DNA of 56,544 nt from a virus (Duplodnaviria > Caudoviricetes), in the IMG/VR virus record IMGVR_UViG_3300050132_000119, positions 1 through 56,544 of that record, one strand, 5' to 3'. This document shows positions 47,025 to 56,544 of this stretch, in pieces (positions within the stretch are counted from its first letter, which is position 1; every line of letters starts with the position of its first letter). Both the position numbers and the translations under genes were made by a program. Below the pieces are notes generated by a model. It had not been told where the DNA came from. It made no database searches and saw only the letters and a list, made by a program, of their open reading frames with translations.

Positions 47025-49846
47025 TTGGAAATCTCCTGTTTAAGAACTGATTCAACCCCGATATTATTTCCGGCAGCATCCTTGATGTACCGGGCAACCC
47101 TTGGTGCGGAATGCGCGATATGAATGCCCGCAAGTCCTTCACCCAACTGAGATAACATTCTCTCAGTATTACCTTGCATTTGGTCAATTATAGGTTGAAT
47201 TACGCTGGCAATATCAATTGGTTGAGGTACCGCAGCAGCAACCTGTGACTGAAGTGCTGCTTGGAGCACCGCAAGTTGAGAATCATTATCCGCGCGACGT
47301 TGATCTCGTTCCAATTCAGCCCGTGCCGCATCATCTGCCCGCTGCTTCTCCTGCTGTGCCTGGAACATATCCATTCTTTGCTGCATTTGAAGTGCATGAC
47401 TTTCGATTGCCGTTGCCATGGTAGTAGCCCGATCATCTGCGTCTTGCTGAGTGCCAATCTTCCATTGTTCAAACTGCTGCTGCTGCTGCGCCATCTGGAC
47501 CTTGTAGTCACGGTCCCGTTGAGACTCATTGGCCTTGAATGCGAGTTGTGCCTGCTCAGATTGAGCCTTAGCCTGCATCTCCTGAGCATCCGTAGCAGAT
47601 TTAGCCTGACCCTTAGCTGCTTCGATAGCCTGCTGACCGGCGATCTGAGCCTGTACATCGGGGTTAACGGGAGGTTTGGGTGCGAATTGTTTCGCAAGTT
47701 GTTGAGCCTGCGTCATCGCTGGCATGATCATGGGAGCCAGAATCTGAGCCATCATCTGGTCTGCAAATGCCGCTCCCTTGGACTCAGCCTGTGCTCGGGT
47801 CATTTGGGCACCCATACTCGGAGCAATCATCTGCATCGCATCGGCAGCACCGTGGGTATGCTTCTTGTAGAAGCTCATCAAGTGGTCCTTCAGGTGCGGC
47901 ATCAGGGGACCAAAAGCCACAGTCCCCACGAGGGGGTTGGCACCGAAGATGGGACTGACAAGGAAGTGCAGATGCGCTTCTAGGTGGGATACGTCATCCT
48001 GCTCGTCGTAGACCTTCAGGGGTGCGGCATCCTCGGAGCAGACCATATAATTCTCATCCAACGCACTCATGCGCCGGGCATCCTTGGGCAGATTCGCCAG
48101 GTCGTCGGGAGAATTGATCTGAAGGAGGCGCAAGGCACGCTGCAGCAAGCGGTCCGTCTTGAAATACTGCTTCAGGTCCGGGTTTCCGGCCAACTGCATG
48201 ACCGCCTGTAACTGAGCGTAACGCTGGGCTTCGCTGAAGATGTTGGGATCGGACACCGGGATAATGTCCATCGGACCCTGGAAATCCTGCCGACTGACAA
48301 CCAGTTCACCCAGTTCCTCAATCGTTTCCTCGTCCGTCATATTCTCGGCATCCAGACGATGCAGAATCTCAAGCTCCTTCTTCAGGGAAGCATGGCAACG
48401 GGCGTGAATGGCGCTGAAATTGACTGATCCATGCTCAATCAGGGCAAGAGCCGTACCCACCGGCATGTCGTTGGATGAGCCCGAGATTGCCTCAGATGCC
48501 GTGGAAATAACCCCTTCGGCCTGGTTCGTGAGCCATTCAAGCAAGTTGAACAGGACGGGAGAGGGTCCGGCAAACGGGAACGGCATGACCACCTTACGGA
48601 TGTCATCTACACCCGGTGGGCAGTCAATCTCGGCTAATTCTGTCGCATTGACCTGGATACTCTGTCCTGCGGTACGCCCACCCTTGAGCTTCAGGCCACC
48701 GGGGAAGTTGCTGATGTGCGCCGAGTCGAGTAGGGCACGCAGGGCTCCAGTGCCCCCAGCAGATAGGGAGCCGATCAGATGAAATAGGCCAACACCCTGA
48801 GCACCGCGCCATGGGATGAAGTTGTACTCCACCATCCAGTGTTTCTTGGCTTGCTGTTCATCATCTTCCTTCCAGTTCCGGTAGAGCCCGAGCACCTTCT
48901 GTGTATCGTTCTCGATATGCAGGATGTAGGGTGCAGTCTTACCCTCAGTGTGGGAATCTCCTTCAATCGGGAGGTCCACGTAACTCATGTAGATTTCACG
49001 CAAGCCCTCATCATTGTAGGCGGTGTCATCCTCGTCATTACCCTCGATCCGCTCATTCGCCTTGCGGGATTCTGACTGATCGCTGAATCCGGGAGGTGTG
49101 GTGGATGAGTTGACATCCCGGTAAAGACCTGAGTCAATCCGGTTCTCATACTCATCCTTGGCGACATACTGGCGATGAGTGACACGGCGGCAGGTATAGA
49201 AGTCCGTTGCGTCATAGGGCATGAACACATCGTCGATGTAGACCGTCTCGGTGCGGGGGCGATCTAGATGGGCATCCCACCACCAGCGCTTATACTGCGA
49301 ACCACCCAGGGGTAACTGACTCAGCAGGCGCTCAAACTCAGCCCGTTGCTCTTGCACTCGGGTCGTGAGTTGCCAGTTCATGTAGTTCTTTTTACGCTCG
49401 GCCTTGTCCACCTTGACATCGTTGGCTTCACCGATGATCTGTGTCTTGCAGGGTCCGGTAGCAGGGAACAGTTCTTTGATGGCGCGGGATGCAAAGTCCA
49501 CGCAGCCCTTGGCAAGCATGGGGTGAACCGCCTTGCTGGACCCATCGAACCCGGCACCTCCGGGAGCATCAGCCCCCAGACCCGTGCGGCGGATACCCTC
49601 AGCATACTGTTTGTCACGGGCGGCACGACTCTCACGATCCGAATCAATCAGTTCTGCCTGATCGGTACCCAATGAGGCAAGGAATCCTTCGGGTAAATAT
49701 TCTGCCAGATTCTCGCTGAAATCAGCAGATTCGTAGGCTTCGTCATCCTCGGGCAAACTCACCAGAGCTGAACCGTCATCCTGTTCCTCCACGCCAAACT
49801 CGGCGGAATCTTCTTCAGGAGTTTCCAACTCGGGTTGATCGTTCAT
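47021..49846 (-). CDS. Portal protein (P22-like, long C-terminal helical region)
   Basis: HPML...F...A..ELFP..GP, MNWQL, LPLGGSQY, G.GLFHLIG, PVGT.LAL.E.G, PVSDPN. Confidence 0.85.
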   Translation of the reverse strand: MNDQPELETPEEDSAEFGVEEQDDGSALVSLPEDDEAYESADFSENLAEYLPEGFLASLGTDQAELIDSDRESRAARDKQYAEGIRRTGLGADAPGGAGFDGSSKAVHPMLAKGCVDFASRAIKELFPATGPCKTQIIGEANDVKVDKAERKKNYMNWQLTTRVQEQRAEFERLLSQLPLGGSQYKRWWWDAHLDRPRTETVYIDDVFMPYDATDFYTCRRVTHRQYVAKDEYENRIDSGLYRDVNSSTTPPGFSDQSESRKANERIEGNDEDDTAYNDEGLREIYMSYVDLPIEGDSHTEGKTAPYILHIENDTQKVLGLYRNWKEDDEQQAKKHWMVEYNFIPWRGAQGVGLFHLIGSLSAGGTGALRALLDSAHISNFPGGLKLKGGRTAGQSIQVNATELAEIDCPPGVDDIRKVVMPFPFAGPSPVLFNLLEWLTNQAEGVISTASEAISGSSNDMPVGTALALIEHGSVNFSAIHARCHASLKKELEILHRLDAENMTDEETIEELGELVVSRQDFQGPMDIIPVSDPNIFSEAQRYAQLQAVMQLAGNPDLKQYFKTDRLLQRALRLLQINSPDDLANLPKDARRMSALDENYMVCSEDAAPLKVYDEQDDVSHLEAHLHFLVSPIFGANPLVGTVAFGPLMPHLKDHLMSFYKKHTHGAADAMQMIAPSMGAQMTRAQAESKGAAFADQMMAQILAPMIMPAMTQAQQLAKQFAPKPPVNPDVQAQIAGQQAIEAAKGQAKSATDAQEMQAKAQSEQAQLAFKANESQRDRDYKVQMAQQQQQFEQWKIGTQQDADDRATTMATAIESHALQMQQRMDMFQAQQEKQRADDAARAELERDQRRADNDSQLAVLQAALQSQVAAAVPQPIDIASVIQPIIDQMQGNTERMLSQLGEGLAGIHIAHSAPRVARYIKDAAGNNIGVESVLKQEISK

Positions 49847-51792
49847 TTCGTACCCTTGGGTGTATTCTGCTTAACCATTCCAAGAGCCTGGGGAAGGGTA
49901 AGCGTTCCATTGGACTGATCCACTAATGCCTGAGCCATAGGCATTAGTTTATTTTCGTCGATTGTAGCACCAGGATTCAGGAAGCTCAAATCTACAGCAG
50001 GTAAGTGGTTTGCCTGCTGCTGCGGGAGTGGTGCAATTGTCTGAGTTGGAGTTACTGTTGACTTTGGTGTAACGGGTACATTGGGAATTACTGGGGCGTT
50101 CGGTATTGCTCCAGAGGGTGTTTCCACCGGAGGTAATCCGGCTTCCGCAGGGACTTGACCATAGAGAGTACCACTGAGAGGTGCTTCCCCTGGGGTAGTC
50201 TGAGTACCATCCGCCAATCGACCGTCTGTGGGATTCGAGTTATCCTGAGTTCCCGTGACAAATACGGTACTCAGATTAGGAACCCCACCACCCATATCCG
50301 GGCTAGTCTGGGTTCCATTCGCCAAGCGACCATCTGTGGGGTTGGAATTAGGATCTGCGATAGCCTGAGTCAATGCTCCTGGGGCATTCAGTGCAGAATC
50401 AGCAGCGGCATTATTTGCAATCGTAGTCGGATCAAACTGAGCCAAGTAATCAGGACTGCTGATATTATCAGGGAGTGCATAGGCAGCAGGGTTTTGGTTT
50501 GGTCCATCAGTCAGCGACAGCGCGTCTGCAGTAGCCTGAGTGTCGCTGACTGAAGATGAGGGGTCTGACGAGTTGATAGCTTGAGTCAATGCTCCACCAT
50601 ATTTACTTGCAGTGCCGAGCCCCGCACCGATGATGCTTAACGGGTTGCCGCTGTTGATGGCACGAGCATCGTTGTACACCGTATTCATATCCGAGGTCTT
50701 CACCCCACCAATATCTGAGGGTACTTGGCCCGAGGCATTGGCACCACTGATGAATGCATTCAGGTAATCCCCATGGGCGGCGGAGTTGGCGGCATTGATA
50801 CCAGAGGCAACATCGCCATAACCAGCAAGCCCTACAGCACCCGAGAGCGCTCCGATAGGATTACCGTTTGCCAGTGAGTTGGCGATCTGAGCGCCCTGGA
50901 TAAAGGGTTTGGCTGTGGTGTATGCCGACTGGAGGCTGGATAGGGCACCGGTACCACCTGTAGCTGCAGTAGTGCCCCCACCTAGCGCTGACCCAGCGGC
51001 ACCGATGGAGTTTGCCCCAGCACCCGCATCGGCGGCAAGATCCATACCGGATACGGCTGCTCCACCGGCACCTCCTAGGAAAGCCCCGGCAAGCGCACCC
51101 CCAGATACAGCAAGTCCACCAGCCATGGCGATGTCGGCTAGAGGAACTTTGTTCCAGAAGTTATCCACTGAGCCCCAGAAGCCACCTTCTGCTTGAGGTG
51201 CAGCCTGAATCCCTGCATCAGCACCCTTGTTAGTGTAATACTGAGTTGCCCCATTCGGAGCAGCAACCTGGAATGCTGACGGTAACACCTGACCATCTGC
51301 TGCAGTAGATCCCGCCATCTGAGGAATCCACTGGAGTCCGGGAGTATTTGCTATCGCCGCGACACCAGGATTCGCTTTCAGGTAGTCTTGGTACCCTGCT
51401 GCGGTCTGTGCTGCGGTCGGTTGGGTATAAGTAGTGGTATCGGGCGCATACGTGGCTACATCGCCATTCAGACCTGTGTATTCACCGGGAACAGTGGTCG
51501 TGGTCCCTAGCGCCTGATATTCTGGCGTACTACTGAACCAATCTGGTACCGTGACAGGACGATTGTTGTCCGCGGCTGAGGATAAGGTGGGCCTTGCAGT
51601 GAGTGCGCTACTAGATTGAGTCACGACGGGAGCCGAGATAGCCTGAGTCAGGGCACCCTGAGATGACTGCTGACCACCCAGCATCGAATCGACCTGAGCC
51701 TGGCTGTAATCGTTCATCATGTCACCGACACTGGAGTACCCCATCTGGTCAGCCAGTTGGGATGTGGCGAGTTGTGATGCGCTGAGGCTCAT
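49843..51792 (-). CDS. Large low-complexity putative internal virion protein
   Basis: Gly/Ala/Ser/Thr-rich, hydrophobic Gly-zipper segment, repeated GALTQAI. Confidence 0.65.
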   Translation of the reverse strand: MSLSASQLATSQLADQMGYSSVGDMMNDYSQAQVDSMLGGQQSSQGALTQAISAPVVTQSSSALTARPTLSSAADNNRPVTVPDWFSSTPEYQALGTTTTVPGEYTGLNGDVATYAPDTTTYTQPTAAQTAAGYQDYLKANPGVAAIANTPGLQWIPQMAGSTAADGQVLPSAFQVAAPNGATQYYTNKGADAGIQAAPQAEGGFWGSVDNFWNKVPLADIAMAGGLAVSGGALAGAFLGGAGGAAVSGMDLAADAGAGANSIGAAGSALGGGTTAATGGTGALSSLQSAYTTAKPFIQGAQIANSLANGNPIGALSGAVGLAGYGDVASGINAANSAAHGDYLNAFISGANASGQVPSDIGGVKTSDMNTVYNDARAINSGNPLSIIGAGLGTASKYGGALTQAINSSDPSSSVSDTQATADALSLTDGPNQNPAAYALPDNISSPDYLAQFDPTTIANNAAADSALNAPGALTQAIADPNSNPTDGRLANGTQTSPDMGGGVPNLSTVFVTGTQDNSNPTDGRLADGTQTTPGEAPLSGTLYGQVPAEAGLPPVETPSGAIPNAPVIPNVPVTPKSTVTPTQTIAPLPQQQANHLPAVDLSFLNPGATIDENKLMPMAQALVDQSNGTLTLPQALGMVKQNTPKGTK

Positions 51793-53297
51793 GATCCCAC
51801 CCCCGAATCCGCCATCTGACCCATGAACGCATGATCATCCGGGGTCAGCGTCATGGGGTCCGTGTGTTGGAGAATGTGGTGACGGATCATGTGGTCCAGG
51901 AGGACCAGGCCACCTTTGGCGAAGGGTTGGGGTGGGGTGTCTGCTATCATATTTGATGTTTCCGGACCCGTGGGTGCTGTGGTTGCGGAGGGTGGGACGT
52001 TCCCCGTGGGCACACCATTCCGATACAAGATAGTCAGATTCCTTTCTTCTCCGGGGAATACGACATAGTTTGAGGTTCCCGTTCCCGCACCTCGTGAACC
52101 GCCATCCAGATACTTGATTCCAGGGATTCCTTGGTCACTCAGAAACTGAGACGCCGCTGCCCTACTACCGAACTGAGATGCCAAAGTATCGTACGCCTGT
52201 TGTCCCGAGGTGCCTTCAGGTGTTATTGCTCTACTCGCAATTGGCCCAAGTACTGGGTGAGTCAGTCGTGTGGGAAACTGGTCATTAAGGCGTTGCTGGA
52301 TTCCAGCACGTTCCGCAACATCCTGAGTAATGGCGGGATGATTTATCAGTAGTGCCTGTACGTCAGGATGCTGATCACTCAGAGGTTTATCCCAATCAAG
52401 CATCTTGGCGATGTGGGTGTCAGGAGTATCCACCTTGTAGAGTGAGCCAAGGTTATTAAGTGCAGCCTGGGTCCGAGGGTCGATATCGTATTGCGCGGGG
52501 TTGCGAAGGAGTTGCTGAACTGCCTGATGGGGATAATCAAACCCAAAGTTACCTTCACTCTGCACAGAATCAAGTAATTCGCGTTGAGGGGGCGTCAGTG
52601 AGGTGTCTTGAGCAATTAGACGAGATACGTCTGAATAATCATCATCGGGACCATAGATACCCTTAATCTTGCTGATTAGAGCCTTATCGGATAGTGCAGT
52701 CTGATATCCACCCGCAACCACAGGATTCTCAGCCAAGTACAGCCCATGTCCATAAGCCTGAGCCCCCTCACCCGTTCCAATCTTGGAGGCATCGAATGCG
52801 TCAAAGTTGTGTGGGGAACCATGCCAAGTAATTGCACCCCTCTGCGCTGCCAGTGACCCAGACGGAACCATCTTCTCCGCAGCCATAGCGGTAGCGAGTC
52901 CCTTGAGTCCGGGGAGCATCTGCAGCGCAGTACCAATAGGGAATGTCATCGCGGCACCCTGTTTACGGGCATCGTAACCAGGCTCCATGACCGATCCTTC
53001 GAGTTGATCAGGTGCGGTACCCATGAGCCCGGCAAGAGCGCCATAAACGCGGGGGAGGGATTCTCTGAGATTACTATTGTCCACATCACTCGGCAAAACA
53101 TTGGTCTGAGTGAGCAGATTCCGGGATTGGGTCAATGGACCTTGGACAGGGCCACCGGAAGCGAAATTCTTAGCCTTTTTGTCAGCGTTGAAGAATTCCT
53201 GACCCACGGAGACCGGGACTCCTGCCTTTCTCGCAAACCGTGGATCGTGCGCGATAGCGGCCATGAAATCATGCTGCGGTTTACTTTTGCTGGGCAT
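51789..53297 (-). CDS. Polyvalent-type protein with ADP-ribosyltransferase-like domain
   Basis: WHGSPH.FD.FD..KIGTGEGAQAYG.GLY.AE...LY.V...GI.Y.D...NYVVF. Confidence 0.7.
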   Translation of the reverse strand: MPSKSKPQHDFMAAIAHDPRFARKAGVPVSVGQEFFNADKKAKNFASGGPVQGPLTQSRNLLTQTNVLPSDVDNSNLRESLPRVYGALAGLMGTAPDQLEGSVMEPGYDARKQGAAMTFPIGTALQMLPGLKGLATAMAAEKMVPSGSLAAQRGAITWHGSPHNFDAFDASKIGTGEGAQAYGHGLYLAENPVVAGGYQTALSDKALISKIKGIYGPDDDYSDVSRLIAQDTSLTPPQRELLDSVQSEGNFGFDYPHQAVQQLLRNPAQYDIDPRTQAALNNLGSLYKVDTPDTHIAKMLDWDKPLSDQHPDVQALLINHPAITQDVAERAGIQQRLNDQFPTRLTHPVLGPIASRAITPEGTSGQQAYDTLASQFGSRAAASQFLSDQGIPGIKYLDGGSRGAGTGTSNYVVFPGEERNLTILYRNGVPTGNVPPSATTAPTGPETSNMIADTPPQPFAKGGLVLLDHMIRHHILQHTDPMTLTPDDHAFMGQMADSGVGS

Positions 53298-53339
53298 AGG
53301 GGAGTCCCTCGATTATTGAATCATGTGGGGATTCTACAC

Positions 53340-54953
53340 CTAACCGTAAGGATTCACCCGAGCTTCTCGTTTCTTCAACTCGCGCTCATTGTCCACTTCC
53401 ACGTCCTCGGGAGATATTACAGGCATATCCAGTTGCCCAGTATCCCGAGCATAGATAACGAATTGGGTAAAAATATCCACCATTTCATCATGTTCGGCGT
53501 TCGGGAACTGTTCAAGTTGCTCAAAGAATTGATTTACCCAGGTTCTGGGCTTACCTTTATGTTTAGGTGACTCAAGTACCCAGAATATATCATTCTCAAG
53601 GAATGGTGCAGCCAGGTGAGCACGGGCAGTTTTGTCACTTTTTCCAGGGTTATATGCAAATACGGGAATATTACTCATCCGCATATCCTGGATAAGTGAT
53701 TGTCCACTGCCCTTATTTTCAATTAGCATAATATCGGCCCGGCGCGACGGTTTCATCACGTTGTTGCGTTCTCCCGCATACCTGGCCGACCAATCATCCA
53801 CCACACGTTGTTTTAATTGTGGGTAACCAAGATGCTCATTCCAACAATCCAAAAGTAATACGTGCCTTTTCTTCTCATATTCAAATATCCCAAATACACC
53901 ACAACCAGTTGGATCACCACTCGTTTTTTCGGTAAATGCTGTGTCATAACTTTGCGCGCAGAAAACTAGGTCCGGTAGCATTTTGTCATGGGACCACAAT
54001 CTGAAGTTACCAATCTTCAGTATTCCGCCACCCGCAGGAGCAGGTCTCTGTTGTAGTTGACCAGCGGTACCGTAACTCCCCAAAGTAATCTCTAGTTCCC
54101 GTACAGTCTTCTCAGGGAATCTTTCAGGCCAGAGTAATTCACCCTCCACGGTGCGAGGATCTTTGAATCCAATTGACGTAGTCTTCATCCGACTCAATTC
54201 TGCGCGCATCGGCAGCATCAAATGGTCCCAGCCACCAGCTTTCAACACTTCACCTGAAAGATCATTAGCATGGAGGCGCTGCATAATCAAAACTATAGGT
54301 GAAGTCATCGGATTATTCAATCGAGTAATAATACCTTCATTGAATGTAATCAGAGTAGCTTCACGCTCTGCTTCTGAATTAGCACCTTGCCTATCGTGAG
54401 GATCATCAATTAGGACACAATCGCCTCCCGACCCCATTACTCCACCGGTCATGCCAAATGCTTGGCGAAATCCGCCGCAATTGTTCTCGAATTTTTGTTT
54501 TTGGTTTTGATCGCCTGATAATTGGAATCTGTCCCCCCAATGCTTCAGGAACAATGGCGAAGTAATTACTCTTCGCATTTTCAGCGAGTCTCGTACTGCC
54601 AGATTCTCAGCATACGACCCACACAGCCATTGAAATGAAGGAGTCTTGAGCCACACCCAGGCGGGCCAGGCTACGCTGACCAAGGTGCTCTTGGAGGTCC
54701 GGAAGGGTACGTTGACCAGCAACCGGCGAATCTGACCTGCTGAAACGGCCTCTAAATGTTCGGCAATCGCATGCAAGTGCCAATTGTCCACAAAGGGTCT
54801 GTCACCCTCCACAGCGGGCCACACAATGTCTCTGTAGAACGCGAACAGCGACTTCTCGGCATTCACTGCAACACTCGATTTGAGAAGTTCATGGAGCTTG
54901 ACCAACTGGTCCACGCTCATGGCATCCAGGGTTGCGGGGTCAATATCAAACAT
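53340..54953 (-). CDS. terL: Terminase large subunit
   Basis: VPFRTSKS (Walker A), LIDDP (Walker B), MQRLH, SYDTA, IENKGSG, HDEMVD. Confidence 0.95.
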   Translation of the reverse strand: MFDIDPATLDAMSVDQLVKLHELLKSSVAVNAEKSLFAFYRDIVWPAVEGDRPFVDNWHLHAIAEHLEAVSAGQIRRLLVNVPFRTSKSTLVSVAWPAWVWLKTPSFQWLCGSYAENLAVRDSLKMRRVITSPLFLKHWGDRFQLSGDQNQKQKFENNCGGFRQAFGMTGGVMGSGGDCVLIDDPHDRQGANSEAEREATLITFNEGIITRLNNPMTSPIVLIMQRLHANDLSGEVLKAGGWDHLMLPMRAELSRMKTTSIGFKDPRTVEGELLWPERFPEKTVRELEITLGSYGTAGQLQQRPAPAGGGILKIGNFRLWSHDKMLPDLVFCAQSYDTAFTEKTSGDPTGCGVFGIFEYEKKRHVLLLDCWNEHLGYPQLKQRVVDDWSARYAGERNNVMKPSRRADIMLIENKGSGQSLIQDMRMSNIPVFAYNPGKSDKTARAHLAAPFLENDIFWVLESPKHKGKPRTWVNQFFEQLEQFPNAEHDEMVDIFTQFVIYARDTGQLDMPVISPEDVEVDNERELKKREARVNPYG

Positions 54954-55572
54954 CGATCACATCACCCTTCGGTAAATACGCGCCCGAATTGTTAACCTGC
55001 TTGAGCAACCCCAGAATCTCGCTCTTGATATCGGATTCCGACTTCCGGGTCTCCACCACCGCAGTCATATCAATCTTGGTCGATTCCCCATACTTCTTCC
55101 GATTGTGGGCGCTCATGAGCCATTTTCGGGTATCGATTCTCAGCTTGGACCGATTAACGTCCTCCATCGAGTCCGTGGCATCCGATATCCCGATAATCTC
55201 ACCTGCCCATACCTCGGTCCTCAGTTCCTCCGCAGCCTCGTACTGCGCCCTGCGATTCTTATCGGCCTTGATCCACTTCATGAAGTCACTCTGCTCGAAC
55301 TGCCGCAGATCATTGTCCAGAGCCGACTTCATGGTCATCCCGGCAGCGATCTTCTCCAGGACAGTTTCAAACAATATCGGATATTGGACAAGCACGAGAG
55401 CCCGCTTCTCCTTTTCAGGATTGAGGATTAGTGCGGGCACCAGCGGGTCAGGAACCGGGTTAGAGGAAACCGGATTCAACCAATCGGGGACCGCATTATC
55501 TGCGGATTGTGCGATGGGGGTCATACCCCACACTTTATCAGAACTCGCTGTGATACCCAATAGCTGCGCCAC
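54946..55572 (-). CDS. terS: Terminase small subunit (start uncertain)
   Basis: LEKIAAG.T...W...Y..A...ISD...KLRIDTRKWLMS...KKYG; directly upstream of terL. Confidence 0.85.
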   Translation of the reverse strand: MAQLLGITASSDKVWGMTPIAQSADNAVPDWLNPVSSNPVPDPLVPALILNPEKEKRALVLVQYPILFETVLEKIAAGMTMKSALDNDLRQFEQSDFMKWIKADKNRRAQYEAAEELRTEVWAGEIIGISDATDSMEDVNRSKLRIDTRKWLMSAHNRKKYGESTKIDMTAVVETRKSESDIKSEILGLLKQVNNSGAYLPKGDVIDV

Positions 55573-55906
55573 CCTTTATAGGAGCCATGTACCAGTGGGT
55601 AAAGTAGGCACCGGTCAGGCTCCCCACCAGATCGTAGGCCATGGAATAGTATTCACACCGCATCCCAGGCATCTCGATTTTGTAAATCTCCCGACCAGCG
55701 CCCACTGCGAGTCCCGCTCCAACACCGTACCAGAAGTTACCCGTGGTCGCAGTAACCACTGAGGAAACAGCAGCGGTCCCAGCGAAGTGCAGCATCTTAT
55801 TGGTCGAGTAACTGGGTCCAGGAATACACCCGCCACCATCAGCATGTGCGAGTTGGGTGCACAGCAATGAGGATAAAAGAACCAAGGCGTTGATTAGTTT
55901 GCTCAT
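55538..55906 (-). CDS. YfiM-like exported/membrane protein
   Basis: Signal peptide ending AHA; K.LHF...G.G.E..K...S.AYDL. Confidence 0.6.
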   Translation of the reverse strand: MSKLINALVLLSSLLCTQLAHADGGGCIPGPSYSTNKMLHFAGTAAVSSVVTATTGNFWYGVGAGLAVGAGREIYKIEMPGMRCEYYSMAYDLVGSLTGAYFTHWYMAPIKGGAAIGYHSEF

Positions 55907-56544
55907 GGACCGGAATGTAACCAGTTTTTGAAAAATTTGAAAATATATTTTTGGGGATATCGGGTTTACTGTATCCAGGTATCTATTTGGGAGGGTGAAT
56001 TGCTGTGAAAAGGTAGCAATGGTGCCGAGGATATGTGTAACCCATTGTTTCAACTGCGTAGTAGATCAAGTCACCCATTGGGTAAATGATTTTCAAAATT
56101 ATGATTATCTGGTTCGGTACCGGAACCCATTTACCACAGCCCCAAAAACCCCCTCCCCCGGTACCACCCCACCCCGGTTAGCGCTTACTTCGCATCCGGG
56201 AAAACCCTCCCTAGGGTGACCCAGGACCCTCCAGACCTACCGGACAGGTGCGGCAGCGAATCTCGGGGCATCACTGAAGCTCAGACCCTTTGAGCCAGTA
56301 GCTGAGCCTCGATAGGGCGTGCCTATCTGTCACGCAACCCCATGGTTAACATAACGCCACTCAGATCAAGTACTGTAACAAAGGGGTGCATTGGATAGTC
56401 CGGGGCTATGAATTCAGTGTGTCTTGTCCCTGGGGATCAATGGAATACCAGAATACGCGGTGTCTTGTCTCATGGCGTCATATGTGAGCCAGTGGGACCG
56501 GAATTCCTTGATTCTGGGTGAACCCATGGGTTTTCGAGGGGGGG

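Overview
This window is most of a ~57 kb tailed dsDNA phage genome with podovirus-like organisation; a Betaproteobacterial host is a guess from protein style. It is incomplete at the left end. The left arm (1-21.6 kb, mostly +) carries two beta-solenoid genes, a Prim-Pol/DUF3987 primase-helicase (-), and a replication module: DUF2800 nuclease, C5 methyltransferase, DUF2815 SSB, family B DNA polymerase, VRR-NUC and SNF2 helicase. About 25 small accessory genes follow. The right arm (21.6-55.9 kb, -) is the virion operon: TerS, TerL, two cargo-like genes, portal, a fibre-like module, GroES, scaffold, MCP, adaptors, an S74-chaperoned tail fibre, holin/GH19/spanins, nozzle and ejection proteins. 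I saw no integrase, tRNA, CRISPR array or reverse transcriptase. Main leads: (1) a Tad2 fusion plus two gp49/Acb4-like putative signal sponges inside the head operon; (2) a PolB split in two by an intron-less HNH gene; (3) a two-frame overlapping (M.EcoHK31I-type) methyltransferase inserted into another HNH gene; (4) G[AP]L[TS]Q and FAxGG motifs shared across predicted injected proteins, one of them ART-like; (5) an MCP preceded by an out-of-frame uORF and a cryptic in-frame hydrophobic leader; (6) gene-junction repeats suggesting cassette shuffling. All family calls come from motif recognition by eye; no searches were run.
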